From Acutalibacteraceae bacterium (GTDB lineage Bacteria; Bacillota; Clostridia; Oscillospirales; Acutalibacteraceae): DNA of 64,000 nt. The stretch lies in contig JAZUID010000013.1 in assembly GCA_045642065.1 (NCBI GenBank), positions 292 to 64,291 on the forward strand, in the 5' to 3' direction. This document shows, in pieces, positions 37,034 to 47,630 of the stretch. Position 1 is the stretch's first letter; every line of letters starts with the position of its first letter. A model generated the notes under the pieces. That model saw nothing but the letters and a program-made list of their open reading frames with translations, searched no databases and was not told where the DNA came from. The position numbers were made by a program, and so were the translations under genes.

Positions 37034-37862
37034 AGCATATAATCTTACAAAACAAAATTTAGAAAAAGCGGGAATAGAAGATTACGTTTTTGAAGCAAAG
37101 CAAATTATTAAACATATAACCGGTATGACAAATGTTGAAATATTAAATCATTACACAAATGTTTTAACGAAGTACCAGTTGGATAATTTAAACGCTATTG
37201 CAGAAAAACGCGCTGCGCGGTATCCGTTGCAATATATCTTCGGGAACTGGGGCTTTTACGGGCTGACCTTTAAAGTGGGAAGCGGTGTTTTGTGTCCGCG
37301 GGCGGATACAGAGCTTCTTGTCGAAACGGGCAAAGAATTAGTTGGGGGAATTAAAAACCCGAAAATTTTAGACCTTTGTTCGGGAAGCGGATGTATCGGA
37401 ATTGCGCTTGCGAAAGAGATAGACGGCGCGAAGGTCGATTGCCTTGAAAAATACGATGAAGCGTTAAACTATTTAAAGCAGAACATTGAACTTAACAAAG
37501 CCTTTAACGCTTGCGCTTTTAGCGGTGACATTTTTAATTGCGATAAGGCCGACGGAAAGTACGATTTAATTGTTTCAAATCCGCCTTATGTTTCGGCTGA
37601 CGAAATGTGTGAGATTTCGCCCGAGGCCGAGTATGAGCCCGAAACGGCTTTGTACGGTGGTGAAGACGGACTTATGTTCTACCGCGCTATTACCAAAAAC
37701 TATAAAAGCAGTTTAAATAAAGGCGGTGCGCTCGCCTTTGAAATCGGATTGACACAGGCTAAGGCTGTCAGCGAAATTTTAGCGGTGAACGGCTTTAAAA
37801 ACATTACTGTTAAAAAGGATATCGAAGACCGCGAGAGAGTAGTTTTCGGGACACTTGATTAG
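37020..37862 (+). CDS. prmC: Peptide chain release factor N5-glutamine methyltransferase
   Basis: PLQYIFG, DLCSGSGCIGIA (SAM motif) and IVSNPPYV. The start is ATG 37020 or TTG 37014. Confidence 0.85.
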   Translation: MTIFEAYNLTKQNLEKAGIEDYVFEAKQIIKHITGMTNVEILNHYTNVLTKYQLDNLNAIAEKRAARYPLQYIFGNWGFYGLTFKVGSGVLCPRADTELLVETGKELVGGIKNPKILDLCSGSGCIGIALAKEIDGAKVDCLEKYDEALNYLKQNIELNKAFNACAFSGDIFNCDKADGKYDLIVSNPPYVSADEMCEISPEAEYEPETALYGGEDGLMFYRAITKNYKSSLNKGGALAFEIGLTQAKAVSEILAVNGFKNITVKKDIEDRERVVFGTLD

Positions 37863-37902
37863 TTAAAATATAACCACATTAAATATAATGGAGGAAATAA
37901 AA

Positions 37903-39030
37903 ATGGCAGGAAAAACAGTTACAACCACAAAGGCTCCCAACGAAGATAGGGAAAAGGCTTTGCAAACTGCAATGGCGCAAATCGAAAAGCAATACGGCAA
38001 GGGTGCCGTTATGCGACTTGGCGAAAATGTCTCAATGGAAGTTGAACACATTCGCACGGGCTCGTTAACGCTTGATTTGGCACTCGGCATCGGCGGTATT
38101 CCAAAGGGCAGAATTGTAGAAATCTACGGTCCTGAATCTTCGGGTAAAACAACAGTTGCACTTCACTGTGTGGCAGAATGCCAAAAGGCAGGCGGTACAG
38201 CAGCGTTTATTGATGTTGAACACGCACTTGACCCTAAATATGCCGCCAACTTAGGCGTTGATATTGACAGTCTTTTAGTTTCTCAACCCGATTCGGGCGA
38301 GCAAGCTTTGGAAATTGCCGAAGCATTGGTTCGTTCGGGCGCTGTTGATATTATTGTTATCGACTCGGTTGCGGCATTGGTTACAAAGGCTGAAATTGAG
38401 GGCGAAATGGGTGACGCACATGTTGGTCAGTTAGCGCGTTTAATGAGCCAAGCTTTAAGAAAATTAACCGGCGCACTGTCTAAAACCGGTTGTGCGGCAA
38501 TATTTATTAACCAACTGCGCGATAAAATCGGCGTTCTTTACGGCAGCAGCGAAACAACAACCGGCGGCCGCGCTTTAAAGTTCTATACAAGTGTTCGTAT
38601 TGATGTCAGACGAATTGAATCAATTAAAGAAAACGGCGAGCTTATCGGCTCACGCACAAGAGCTAAGGTTGTTAAAAATAAGGTTGCGCCACCGTTTAGA
38701 GAAGCCGAATTTGACATTATGTATGGCAAGGGTATTTCGCATGACGGCGAAATTCTTGACTGTGCTTTAACGCTTGGCATTCTTAACCGCTCGGGCGCTT
38801 GGTTCTACTATGGCGATACGCGCTTAGGTCAAGGCCGTGACAATGTTAAAAAGTTGTTTGCCGAAAACCGCGAGTTAGCCGCCGAAATCGAAGAAAAGAT
38901 TTTTGCAAAACTTCAAAGCAACGATAACGGCGAACCGGAAGAAACAAACGAAGAAGTAATTATTCCCGAACAGGCCGAAACCGCACGCCCGCATAAGAAA
39001 GTTAATATCGACATCGCGGTTGACGACTGA
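37903..39030 (+). CDS. recA: Recombinase RecA
   Basis: Walker [10 protein letters not shown] and [10 protein letters not shown]. An acidic C-terminal tail is present. The ATG at 37903 has a GGAGG RBS. Confidence 0.95.
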   Translation: MAGKTVTTTKAPNEDREKALQTAMAQIEKQYGKGAVMRLGENVSMEVEHIRTGSLTLDLALGIGGIPKGRIVEIYGPESSGKTTVALHCVAECQKAGGTAAFIDVEHALDPKYAANLGVDIDSLLVSQPDSGEQALEIAEALVRSGAVDIIVIDSVAALVTKAEIEGEMGDAHVGQLARLMSQALRKLTGALSKTGCAAIFINQLRDKIGVLYGSSETTTGGRALKFYTSVRIDVRRIESIKENGELIGSRTRAKVVKNKVAPPFREAEFDIMYGKGISHDGEILDCALTLGILNRSGAWFYYGDTRLGQGRDNVKKLFAENRELAAEIEEKIFAKLQSNDNGEPEETNEEVIIPEQAETARPHKKVNIDIAVDD

Positions 39031-39653
39031 TGTTAGTTTTAGAAATCAAACCGAATAGAAAGCATTTAACGAATATTTTGTTCGATAACGGCGAAACGGT
39101 TTTGCTCGATAACGATACGGTTTACGAAAACTGTATAAAAGAGGGAAGCGAATTAACCGAAGAAAAGGTTAAAGAATTAAAAGAAGATTCCGATTACCGC
39201 CGTGCAAAATCACGCGCACTTTGGTATTTAGACAGAATGCCGTTGACCGAAAAAGCGCTTTACGAAAAACTCGTTAAGGCGGGGTTTTCGTCTTCGGCAT
39301 CGGCTAAGGTGCTTGCTAAGCTTGTTGAACTTGGCCTTATGGATGATTACCGTTATGCTGAAAATTTTGCCGCTTTTTGCGCCGAAAGAAATATTTCTAA
39401 AAGGGAAATAAAACAAAAGATGTATTTAAAAGGCGTACCGAAAGAAATTTCGGAAAAGGTGCTTGAAAATTTGGACCAAAGTGAAGAAGACCAGATTAAA
39501 GCGCTGATAGCCACAAAATACAAAACAAAAATAACGGCTGAAAATGGCATTCAAAAGGTTTACGCCGCGCTAATAAGAAAGGGCTTTTCCTTTGGTGCCG
39601 TTAAAGCCGCGTTAAAGCAATACAGCGAAGAACTGGAATATAGTGAGGAATAA
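39030..39653 (+). CDS. recX: Regulatory protein RecX
   Basis: The position immediately after recA (overlapping TGATG), plus three-helix repeats (AL.YL..R...E.EL..KL). Confidence 0.8.
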   Translation: MLVLEIKPNRKHLTNILFDNGETVLLDNDTVYENCIKEGSELTEEKVKELKEDSDYRRAKSRALWYLDRMPLTEKALYEKLVKAGFSSSASAKVLAKLVELGLMDDYRYAENFAAFCAERNISKREIKQKMYLKGVPKEISEKVLENLDQSEEDQIKALIATKYKTKITAENGIQKVYAALIRKGFSFGAVKAALKQYSEELEYSEE

Positions 39654-39659
39654 AAAAGG

Positions 39660-40982
39660 ATGTATAAAGTAAGTATGGTTTCGCTTGGCTGTCCTAAAAA
39701 TCAGGTTGACGCCGAGCACATGCTTTCGCTTTTATCGGTTGCAGGGTTTACTATAACCCCCGAAGAAGCCGCTGCGGATGCGATTATTATTAACACCTGC
39801 GGTTTTATAGAAGCGGCTAAAAGCGAAGCTATTGAAAATATACTTGAAGCGGCAAAATACAAAACCGACGGCAAGTGCAAAGCGCTGATTGTTACGGGTT
39901 GTTTAGCCGAAAGATATAAGGATGACGTCACAAACGAGATACCGGAAGTTGATGTTTGTGTCGGCATCGGCTCCAACGAAAAAATTGCCGAAATAGTGAA
40001 AAATGCTATCGAAGGCAACTGTAAAAACAGCTTTGGTCCTAAGGAAGACATTGTGCTTTCGGGCGAGCGTATTTTAGGTGGCTTCCCTTTTAGTACATAC
40101 TTAAAAATCGGCGACGGTTGCGACAACTGTTGTACCTATTGCGCTATTCCGAAAATACGGGGCAGAATGCGAAGCCGCACTATTGAAGATTGCGTAAAAG
40201 AAGCCGAAAATCTTGCAAAGCGCGGTGTTAAAGAGCTTGTTGTCGTAGCGCAGGATACAACGGCTTACGGCGAAGACCTTTACGGCAAATCAATGTTACC
40301 CGAACTTTTAAAGCGCCTTTGCAAAATTGACGGACTTCATTGGATACGCACTTTATACACCTATCCCGAACGAATTACCGATGAATTGCTTGACACAATA
40401 GCAAGCGAAGAAAAGCTGGTAAAATATTTAGATATACCGCTTCAACATGTTGACGGCGATATTTTAAAACGAATGAACAGAAGGGGCAACCTTCAAACGA
40501 TTGAAGCGCTTATAGAAAAAATAAGGGCGAAAATACCGGATATCACATTAAGAACGACCTTCATTACCGGTTTTCCGGGCGAAACCGATGAGCAGTTTAA
40601 TACTTTAGCCGAATTTGTAAAGAAAACCCGATTTGACAGACTTGGTTGCTTTACATATTCAGCCGAAGAAGATACCGCCGCCGCTTTATTTGATAATCAG
40701 GTGGACGCGCAGGTAAAGCAAGACCGCATGGAAAACATAATGGAAACTCAACTTACCATTTCGGCAGAGAAAAACGCCGAAAAGCAGGGCACTTTAACCG
40801 AAGTGCTGATTGAGGGTTGGGATGATTATATAAAGTGTTATTACGGCAGAACACCTGCCGATGCACCCGAGGTTGACGGTAAAATATTCTTTATTTCTAC
40901 AAAGCGCCTTAATATAGGCGATTTTGCAACAGTCAGGGTAAATGACTGTATAGATTATGATTTGTTGGGGGAACTTGAATAA
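39660..40982 (+). CDS. rimO: Ribosomal protein S12 methylthiotransferase
   Basis: MTTase N-domain (SLGCPKNQVDAE), radical-SAM CDNCCTYC, and a C-terminal TRAM domain. Confidence 0.85.
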   Translation: MYKVSMVSLGCPKNQVDAEHMLSLLSVAGFTITPEEAAADAIIINTCGFIEAAKSEAIENILEAAKYKTDGKCKALIVTGCLAERYKDDVTNEIPEVDVCVGIGSNEKIAEIVKNAIEGNCKNSFGPKEDIVLSGERILGGFPFSTYLKIGDGCDNCCTYCAIPKIRGRMRSRTIEDCVKEAENLAKRGVKELVVVAQDTTAYGEDLYGKSMLPELLKRLCKIDGLHWIRTLYTYPERITDELLDTIASEEKLVKYLDIPLQHVDGDILKRMNRRGNLQTIEALIEKIRAKIPDITLRTTFITGFPGETDEQFNTLAEFVKKTRFDRLGCFTYSAEEDTAAALFDNQVDAQVKQDRMENIMETQLTISAEKNAEKQGTLTEVLIEGWDDYIKCYYGRTPADAPEVDGKIFFISTKRLNIGDFATVRVNDCIDYDLLGELE

Positions 40983-40983
40983 A

Positions 40984-41559
40984 ATGAACACACCGAATAA
41001 ATTAACAATTGGCAGAATTATTGCAACACCGCTTTTTATGGCGGCACTTATGATTGAATTTCCATACCACTATACTGTGGCGCTTGTAATCTTCATTTTG
41101 GCTTCTTTAACCGATATGATTGACGGCAAGATGGCAAGAAAATACAATTTAGTAACCGATTTCGGCAAATTTTTAGATCCGCTTGCCGACAAGATGTTGA
41201 CAACCGCCGCATTTTTAGGCTTTATTAAAATGGGCATCGGTTGGCAGGTTACTTGGATATCATTTATAGTTTTGTTCCGCGAATTTGCGGTTTCGTCTTT
41301 AAGGCTTGTTGTCGTTTCAAGCGGCGGCAAGGTTGTGGCCGCAAATATCTACGGCAAGCTTAAAACCGTAACCCAAATGGTCGGCATTATTGTTGCCCTT
41401 TTCGGTTATGCGCTGATTTCGGATTACAGCTTAATCGCTGTTAAACCGGCTATGGATATTATTATTAGCATACTCTTATGGATCTCCGCCGTATTATGTA
41501 TTATATCAGGCGTAATTTATTTTGTTGCTTGTAAAGAACATATTGACCCAAGTAAATAA
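40984..41559 (+). CDS. pgsA: CDP-diacylglycerol--glycerol-3-phosphate 3-phosphatidyltransferase
   Basis: CDP-alcohol phosphotransferase motif DMIDGKMARKYNLVTDFGKFLDPLADK. Confidence 0.85.
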   Translation: MNTPNKLTIGRIIATPLFMAALMIEFPYHYTVALVIFILASLTDMIDGKMARKYNLVTDFGKFLDPLADKMLTTAAFLGFIKMGIGWQVTWISFIVLFREFAVSSLRLVVVSSGGKVVAANIYGKLKTVTQMVGIIVALFGYALISDYSLIAVKPAMDIIISILLWISAVLCIISGVIYFVACKEHIDPSK

Positions 41560-41585
41560 CAGTTTGGGTTTTAGGGGGAATTATT

Positions 41586-42227
41586 TTGTTTGACCGTATA
41601 AGAGAAGACGTTCAAGCGGTTAGAGAACGCGACCCTGCGGCACGAAGCTTTTTGGAAGTTCTGCTTTTATATCCGGGGGTTAAAGCTATTAGAATGCACC
41701 GCAGAGCAAACTTTTATTATAGACACGGACTTTTGTTTTTAGCCCGTTATGTTTCGCAAAAGGCCGTTAGAAAAACGGGTATAGAAATTCATCCGGCCGC
41801 CAAAATCGGCCGTAGGTTGGTTATCGACCACGGTGTCGGCATTGTTATCGGCGAAACTGCCGAAATAGGCGATGATGTACTTATTTATCAAGGTGTTACA
41901 CTGGGTGGTACCGGTAAGGATGTCGGTAAGCGTCACCCAACCATCGGCAATAATGTTATGTTAAGTGCGGGCGCTAAGGTTTTAGGACCCTTTAAAATAG
42001 GTGATAATTCTCGCGTTGCGGCGGGTGCCGTTGTGCTTGAAGAAGTACCGCCTAATTCTACTGTTGTCGGCGTTCCGGCTCGCATTGTCCGTCAAGACGG
42101 CAGAAAAATTTGCAAAGAGCCACTTGACCAAATTCACATTTCCGACCCTGTGGGTCAAAAGATTGATTGCCTTGAAGCTAAGGTTGCCGAGCTTGAAGGT
42201 TTGGTTTCAATTAAAGGAGAAAAGTAA
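41586..42227 (+). CDS. cysE: Serine O-acetyltransferase
   Basis: The N-terminus DPAARSFLEVLLLYPG and left-handed beta-helix hexapeptides (IHPAAKIGRRLVIDHGVGIVIGETAEIG). TTG start with an AGGGGGA RBS. Confidence 0.85.
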   Translation: MFDRIREDVQAVRERDPAARSFLEVLLLYPGVKAIRMHRRANFYYRHGLLFLARYVSQKAVRKTGIEIHPAAKIGRRLVIDHGVGIVIGETAEIGDDVLIYQGVTLGGTGKDVGKRHPTIGNNVMLSAGAKVLGPFKIGDNSRVAAGAVVLEEVPPNSTVVGVPARIVRQDGRKICKEPLDQIHISDPVGQKIDCLEAKVAELEGLVSIKGEK

Positions 42228-42229
42228 AA

Positions 42230-43609
42230 ATGCGCATTTTCAACACACTAACACGCAATAAGGACGAATTCGTTCCCATTAACGAAGGCGAGGTTAAAAT
42301 TTACGCCTGCGGTCCTACTGTTTACAACTTTATTCACATCGGTAACGCAAGACCGCTTTGCGTGTTTGATGTTTTGCGCCGTTATCTTGAATGGCGCGGA
42401 AACAAGGTGACTTTTGTTCAAAACTTCACCGATATTGACGATAAGCTTATAAAAAAAGCGAATGAGGAAGGCATTACCGTGCCCGAGGTTGCCGAAAGAT
42501 ATATTAAGGAATTTTGGGTAGATGCAAAGGGTATGAATATCCGCGAAGCTTCGGTTCATCCGAGAGCTACCGAAAACATTGCCGAAATTCAAGGCATTAT
42601 CAAAAAGCTTATGGATAAAGGCTTTGCTTATGTTTCGGGTGGGGATGTTTACTTCCGTGCTAAAAAATTTGATGAATACGGCAAGCTTTCGCATCAACCG
42701 CTTGAAGATTTAGAGGCAGGCGCCAGAATAGATGTTGCCGATATTAAAGAAGACCCAATGGACTTTTGCCTTTGGAAAGGCGCCAAAGCCGGCGAACCGT
42801 TTTGGGAATCGCCTTGGGGTAACGGCCGACCGGGTTGGCATATCGAATGCTCGGCTATGGCAGGCAGATATTTAGGTAAAACCATTGATATTCATTGTGG
42901 CGGTCTTGACCTTATCTTCCCGCACCATGAAAACGAAATAGCACAAAGCGAATGCGCAAACGGTTGCGAATTTGCACATTATTGGATGCATAATGGCTTT
43001 ATAAATGTTGACAATCATAAAATGTCTAAGTCTTTAAACAACTTCTTTACCGTAAGGGATGTTGCCAACACCTACGGTTATGAGCCAATTAGATATTTAA
43101 TGATTTCTTCGCAATACAGAAGCCCTATTAACTATTCTGTTGAAATTATCGAGCAAGGCAAAAAAGCCCTTGAAAGACTTTATACCTGCCGTGACAATAT
43201 TGATTTTGCACTTAAAAGCGCACCGGAAGGCGGAGAAATCCCTGCCTTCTTAAAGCAACGCGAAGACGAGTTCATTACCGCCATGGAAGATGACCTTAAC
43301 ACCGCCGACGCCTTAGCCGCCGTATTTAATCTTGTAAGGGATATTAACACCCTAATCGCAGGCGGTGCCGGCAAAGCTTCGCTAAAAGCGGCCGCAGAGG
43401 AATTTGACACCTTGACCGGTGTTTTAGGTCTTGTTTACAACCGCGGAAATAACGATTTAGACAGTGAAATTGAAGCTCTTATCGAAAAGCGTACCGAAGC
43501 GAGAAAGAATAAGGACTTTAAGACTGCCGATGAAATAAGGGACAAATTAAAAGAAATGGGTATTGTGCTCGAAGATACCCCACAAGGTGTAAAATGGAGT
43601 CGCAGTTAA
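42230..43609 (+). CDS. cysS: Cysteine--tRNA ligase
   Basis: HIGH-type motif FIHIGNARP, and KMSKS (HKMSKSLNN). Confidence 0.95.
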   Translation: MRIFNTLTRNKDEFVPINEGEVKIYACGPTVYNFIHIGNARPLCVFDVLRRYLEWRGNKVTFVQNFTDIDDKLIKKANEEGITVPEVAERYIKEFWVDAKGMNIREASVHPRATENIAEIQGIIKKLMDKGFAYVSGGDVYFRAKKFDEYGKLSHQPLEDLEAGARIDVADIKEDPMDFCLWKGAKAGEPFWESPWGNGRPGWHIECSAMAGRYLGKTIDIHCGGLDLIFPHHENEIAQSECANGCEFAHYWMHNGFINVDNHKMSKSLNNFFTVRDVANTYGYEPIRYLMISSQYRSPINYSVEIIEQGKKALERLYTCRDNIDFALKSAPEGGEIPAFLKQREDEFITAMEDDLNTADALAAVFNLVRDINTLIAGGAGKASLKAAAEEFDTLTGVLGLVYNRGNNDLDSEIEALIEKRTEARKNKDFKTADEIRDKLKEMGIVLEDTPQGVKWSRS

Positions 43610-44325
43610 AAAAGGAGCCAATCGGCAAAAACCTTTTTATAAACGTTTCACCGCACCATACTTTTGGTACTGATGCGGTGTTGCTCTCTTACTTTGCTTG
43701 CCCTAAACGCAAGGACAAGCTTGTGGATTTAGGCACAGGTTGCGGTATTATTCCGTTTTTAATGTTAAGGGATGTTGAACTTTCTTCTGCCACAGGTGTT
43801 GACATTAGCGAGGAAGCAATTTTTACTGCCGACAAAACCCTAAAAGAGCAGAACTTTAAAAATTTAAATTTTGTTTTAAGTGACCTTAAAGATTTAAAGG
43901 GCAAAGTGCCGTTTGGTGCCAATACCCTTGTAACCTGTAACCCACCGTATAAAGCTCCGAATGCGGGGCTTAAAAATGACGACAGCATTGTCACTACCGC
44001 ACGCCACGAGGTTGACTGCACTTTGAGTGATATTATAAAAGTATCGGCAAAGCTTTTGCAAACCTCGGGCAGACTTTGTATGTGCCACCGCCCCGAACGG
44101 TTAAGCGAACTTATGTCACTTATGTCGGCTAATGGCATTGAGCCTAAAAGACTTCGCCTTGTATCTAAGCAAAACGGCAGTGCACCTTGGCTTGTTTTGG
44201 TTGAAGGCAGGCGTGGCGGTAATATAGGTCTTACTGTCGAGCCGACCCTTTATGTTTATGAAAACGGGGAGTTAAGCCCCGAAATGTTAGATATTTACGG
44301 ACCGTATAAGGAGGCGTATTTATAA
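43594..44325 (+). CDS. SAM-dependent N6-adenine methyltransferase, tRNA1(Val) m6A37 (YfiC/TrmN6)-like
   Basis: DLGTGCGIIP (motif I) and VTCNPPYK (NPPY). Confidence 0.65.
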   Translation: MESQLKKEPIGKNLFINVSPHHTFGTDAVLLSYFACPKRKDKLVDLGTGCGIIPFLMLRDVELSSATGVDISEEAIFTADKTLKEQNFKNLNFVLSDLKDLKGKVPFGANTLVTCNPPYKAPNAGLKNDDSIVTTARHEVDCTLSDIIKVSAKLLQTSGRLCMCHRPERLSELMSLMSANGIEPKRLRLVSKQNGSAPWLVLVEGRRGGNIGLTVEPTLYVYENGELSPEMLDIYGPYKEAYL

Positions 44326-44327
44326 AA

Positions 44328-45158
44328 ATGTCCGGTACATTATATGTTGTTGGTACGCCCATCGGCAATCTTTCGGATTTTAGCCCAAGAGCCATTGAAA
44401 CCTTAGAAAAGGTTGATTTTATTGCGGCAGAAGATACGCGCGTTACGGTAAAACTTTTAAATCATTTCGGAATTAAGAAAGAAATGCTTTCTTATTACGA
44501 GCATAATAAAATGGAACGCGGCGGTGCCATTATTGCGAGATTACTGGAAGGGGAAGACTGTGCCATTGTTTCGGATGCCGGCATGCCTGCTATTTCCGAC
44601 CCCGGTGAGCAGCTTGTGAAAACGGCGCATGAAAACGGCATTAAGGTTGAGGCTATACCCGGTCCTTCGGCATTCGTTACGGCGCTTGCCATTTCGGGCA
44701 TGCCGTCGGGCAGGTTCTGTTTTGAAGGCTTTTTGTCTGTAAACAAGCCGAGCCGACGCTCGCATTTAAACGAGCTTAAAAACGAAAAGCGCACAATGAT
44801 TTTTTACGAAGCACCGCACAAGCTTTTGGCAACCTTAAAAGATATGCTTGAAGTTTTCGGCGACCGCGAAATTGCCATTGCGCGCGAACTTACAAAAATT
44901 CACGAGGAATTAACAAATACCACCCTTTATGACGCGTATAATTATTATAGCGAAAATGCGCCAAAAGGTGAATTTGTTTTAATAATATCGGGCGCACCCG
45001 AAGAAGCCCCCGCACTTTACACATTGGATGATGCCGTAAAAATCGCAAAACAACTTATGGCAAAAGGTGATTCGGCGTCTGTGGCAGCTAAAGAAGCCGC
45101 CGCCACATGCGGTGTAAAAAAAGGTGATATTTATAAAAAAATATCGGAATTAAAATAA
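44328..45158 (+). CDS. rsmI: 16S rRNA (cytidine1402-2'-O)-methyltransferase
   Basis: LYVVGTPIGNLSDFSPRA, SDAGMPAISDPG and FYEAPHKL. Confidence 0.9.
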   Translation: MSGTLYVVGTPIGNLSDFSPRAIETLEKVDFIAAEDTRVTVKLLNHFGIKKEMLSYYEHNKMERGGAIIARLLEGEDCAIVSDAGMPAISDPGEQLVKTAHENGIKVEAIPGPSAFVTALAISGMPSGRFCFEGFLSVNKPSRRSHLNELKNEKRTMIFYEAPHKLLATLKDMLEVFGDREIAIARELTKIHEELTNTTLYDAYNYYSENAPKGEFVLIISGAPEEAPALYTLDDAVKIAKQLMAKGDSASVAAKEAAATCGVKKGDIYKKISELK

Positions 45159-45175
45159 TTTTTTTGGAGTTTTAA

Positions 45176-46558
45176 ATGGAAAATAACAACAATTCTTTTG
45201 AAGAACAAGAAAATATTTCCGAGTTCGAGGATATTGTGAGCGACAGCGCTTTTGTTACAGGTAACGGCAAAAAGTACCGCAAAAAGAAGCGTGGCATTAA
45301 AAGACTGTTTGAAAGAATCGGTTTTTGGTGGTACAGCCTTAAAAAATGGCAAAAACAAACGATAATAACCGTTACATCGGTTCTTCTTGTTTTTGCAATG
45401 CTTATCGGCGCTTTCTTTATTGTATTTAACTATAATTACAATAACATCACGGGCGACCCCGATGACTTGGGCTTCGAAAATGTAATCAACAAAAAAATAA
45501 TAAATATTGCTTTATTCGGCATCGACTCGCGCGACCCGAAATCCTTCAAAGGCCTTTCGGACAGTATTATGGTTATGAGCCTTAATACCGAAACAAAGAC
45601 GGTTAAGATTATTTCGATAATGAGGGACAGTTTAGTACCAATCGAGCAAAACGGAAAAACCGTTTACAGCAAAATCACAACCGCCTATTCGCGCGGCGGC
45701 CCTGAGCTTGCAATTAAAACCTTAAACCAAAATTTCGGGCTTGATATTTCAGAATATGCCACCGTTAATTTTTATGGCATGACAGATATTATTGATGCCG
45801 TTGGCGGTATTGATGTTGAACTTTCCAAGGGCGAAATTAATGTTATGGGATATGAAGACGGCCACTCGGTTAACTTTGGTATTAACGGTATGATTTGCGA
45901 GCAATGCGAATATATGGAAATTGATCCGGAGCCGTATTATATCAGCTCTGCCGGCAAGCAACATCTAAACGGTGTTCAAGCCGTTGCCTACGCACGAATA
46001 AGACACGCCGCTAACATTGACGGCACAAACAATGACTATGGCCGTACCGACCGTCAGCGTTATGTTATGGAGCAGCTCTTTAATAAGGCCGTTAAGATGA
46101 AAAGCAGCCGTTATATCAAACTTGCAAAGGCACTTATTCCTTGCAGTGAAACTTCACTTTCTTATAAAGAAATCATGGGTCTTGCAACCAACATATTGCT
46201 GAAATCACCGGAATTTTTGCAAACAAGAATTCCCTTTACCGAGTATCAAATGGAATCAAAGTCAGTTAAGGGTGCAGGCTCTTGCATTTACTATGACTTA
46301 AATTTTGCAAAAAAGATTTTGCATGCTTTTATTTATGATAATATAACACCCGAAGACTACATTGCACAAAACGGCATTGAAAAGCACGACTGGTACGGTA
46401 ATCGAAACGCCACAACACAAAGTGTGACTTCAAGCACTTATAACGAAGAGCCAAGAAGTCACACAACCACAAGCGAGGACGCTTATTCTTCTGTCTATAC
46501 ATCAAGTGAAGACACTTCGAGTGAAGACACTTCAAGTGAAGAGGGTAACGAAGAATGA
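45176..46558 (+). CDS. LytR-CpsA-Psr (LCP) family cell-envelope phosphotransferase
   Basis: N-terminal TM segment, then LFGIDSRD...SDSIMVMSLN...SIMRDS and ARIRH, the LCP core motifs. The C-terminus is S/E/D/T-rich with a 15-bp tandem repeat (SSEDT x3). Confidence 0.8.
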   Translation: MENNNNSFEEQENISEFEDIVSDSAFVTGNGKKYRKKKRGIKRLFERIGFWWYSLKKWQKQTIITVTSVLLVFAMLIGAFFIVFNYNYNNITGDPDDLGFENVINKKIINIALFGIDSRDPKSFKGLSDSIMVMSLNTETKTVKIISIMRDSLVPIEQNGKTVYSKITTAYSRGGPELAIKTLNQNFGLDISEYATVNFYGMTDIIDAVGGIDVELSKGEINVMGYEDGHSVNFGINGMICEQCEYMEIDPEPYYISSAGKQHLNGVQAVAYARIRHAANIDGTNNDYGRTDRQRYVMEQLFNKAVKMKSSRYIKLAKALIPCSETSLSYKEIMGLATNILLKSPEFLQTRIPFTEYQMESKSVKGAGSCIYYDLNFAKKILHAFIYDNITPEDYIAQNGIEKHDWYGNRNATTQSVTSSTYNEEPRSHTTTSEDAYSSVYTSSEDTSSEDTSSEEGNEE

Positions 46559-46734
46559 AAAGCACCATTTGCGAAAACTGCGCTAATTACGTTTATGATG
46601 AAGAATATGACGAATATGTTTGTGATGCATATTTAGATGAAGATGATATGGAAAGGTTTTTATCTTCTGACAATTCCGCCTGCCCTTACTTTAACGGGTA
46701 TGACGAATACGGCATTGTCAGAAAGCAAAATTAG
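46555..46734 (+). CDS. Small acidic Cys-containing protein (59 aa, below the ORF-track cut-off)
   Basis: My translation is MKSTICENCANYVYDEEYDEYVCDAYLDEDDMERFLSSDNSACPYFNGYDEYGIVRKQN. The start overlaps the LCP stop (ATGA). CxxC...C...C suggests a small zinc-binding fold. Confidence 0.5.
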   Translation: MKSTICENCANYVYDEEYDEYVCDAYLDEDDMERFLSSDNSACPYFNGYDEYGIVRKQN

Positions 46735-46744
46735 GCGGTGAAAA

Positions 46745-47572
46745 ATGCTTTATATTTATTTAATAATCAGCGCGGCGGTCGTGCCGGTTTTAAACAACTT
46801 TTTGCCGATTTTAAAACAAAGTTATTCTTATTGGTTAGTACCGTTAATTTTTGTCGGCTGTTTTGCTTCGCTCATAATTTTGCACTTTTTGTTCTTTGCC
46901 GTTTGCGTTTTTTTGGTAAATATGAATTCGAAACAGCAAAAAGGCTCTAAATTTTACCGTGCTTTGGTATCGGCAACTTTGCCGATAGGCTTTAAACTTA
47001 TGGGTATTGAAGTTTTGGCAACGGGGCTTGAAAAGGTCCCTGACGACACAAGATTTTTGCTTGTTTGCAATCATCAATTCGACTTTGACCCTGCGATTAT
47101 TCTTTCGGCTTTACCCGAAAGCGAGCTTGCTTTTGTCGCTAAAAAGGAAGTTTACAGGGACCTTAAATTTGTGGCACGGGTTATGCACGCCTTAAACTGT
47201 TTGCCGATTGACAGAGAAAATAACAGGGAAGCGGTTAAGACAATTTTAAAAGCCACAAATATTATTAAAGAGGATAAGAACTCTATCGCAATTTTTCCCG
47301 AAGGCTATACCTCTAAAACATGCGAGCTTTTGCCGATGCGCAATGGCGCTTTTAAAATAGCAACTAAGGCTAAGGTGCCGATTGTCGTTTGTGTTATCGA
47401 CAAAACAAGGGAAATACCGAAAAGCATGTTCAGAAGAAAAATCACAATACCGTTTAGCGTTTTAGATGTCATTTATCCCGAAGATTATGCCGATAAAACT
47501 ACCACCGAAATAGGTAATGCAGTAACAGAAAAAATGCAAAAAGGTTTAGATTTAATAAGAAAAAACAATTAA
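46745..47572 (+). CDS. plsC: 1-acyl-sn-glycerol-3-phosphate acyltransferase
   Basis: N-terminal TM segments, the HX4D motif (CNHQFDFD) and the FPEGYTS motif. Confidence 0.8.
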   Translation: MLYIYLIISAAVVPVLNNFLPILKQSYSYWLVPLIFVGCFASLIILHFLFFAVCVFLVNMNSKQQKGSKFYRALVSATLPIGFKLMGIEVLATGLEKVPDDTRFLLVCNHQFDFDPAIILSALPESELAFVAKKEVYRDLKFVARVMHALNCLPIDRENNREAVKTILKATNIIKEDKNSIAIFPEGYTSKTCELLPMRNGAFKIATKAKVPIVVCVIDKTREIPKSMFRRKITIPFSVLDVIYPEDYADKTTTEIGNAVTEKMQKGLDLIRKNN

Positions 47573-47630
47573 GCAATATAACAAAAGAACTCTGCCTTTT
47601 ACTGAAAGGCAGAGTTCTTTATTTTAGTTA

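Noticed and set aside
41560-41585. Expected T-box leaders upstream of cysE-cysS (and upstream of metG at 55600..55617)
   Set aside because: The intergenic gaps are only 26 nt and 18 nt, too short for a T-box. These genes appear to be co-transcribed with upstream genes.
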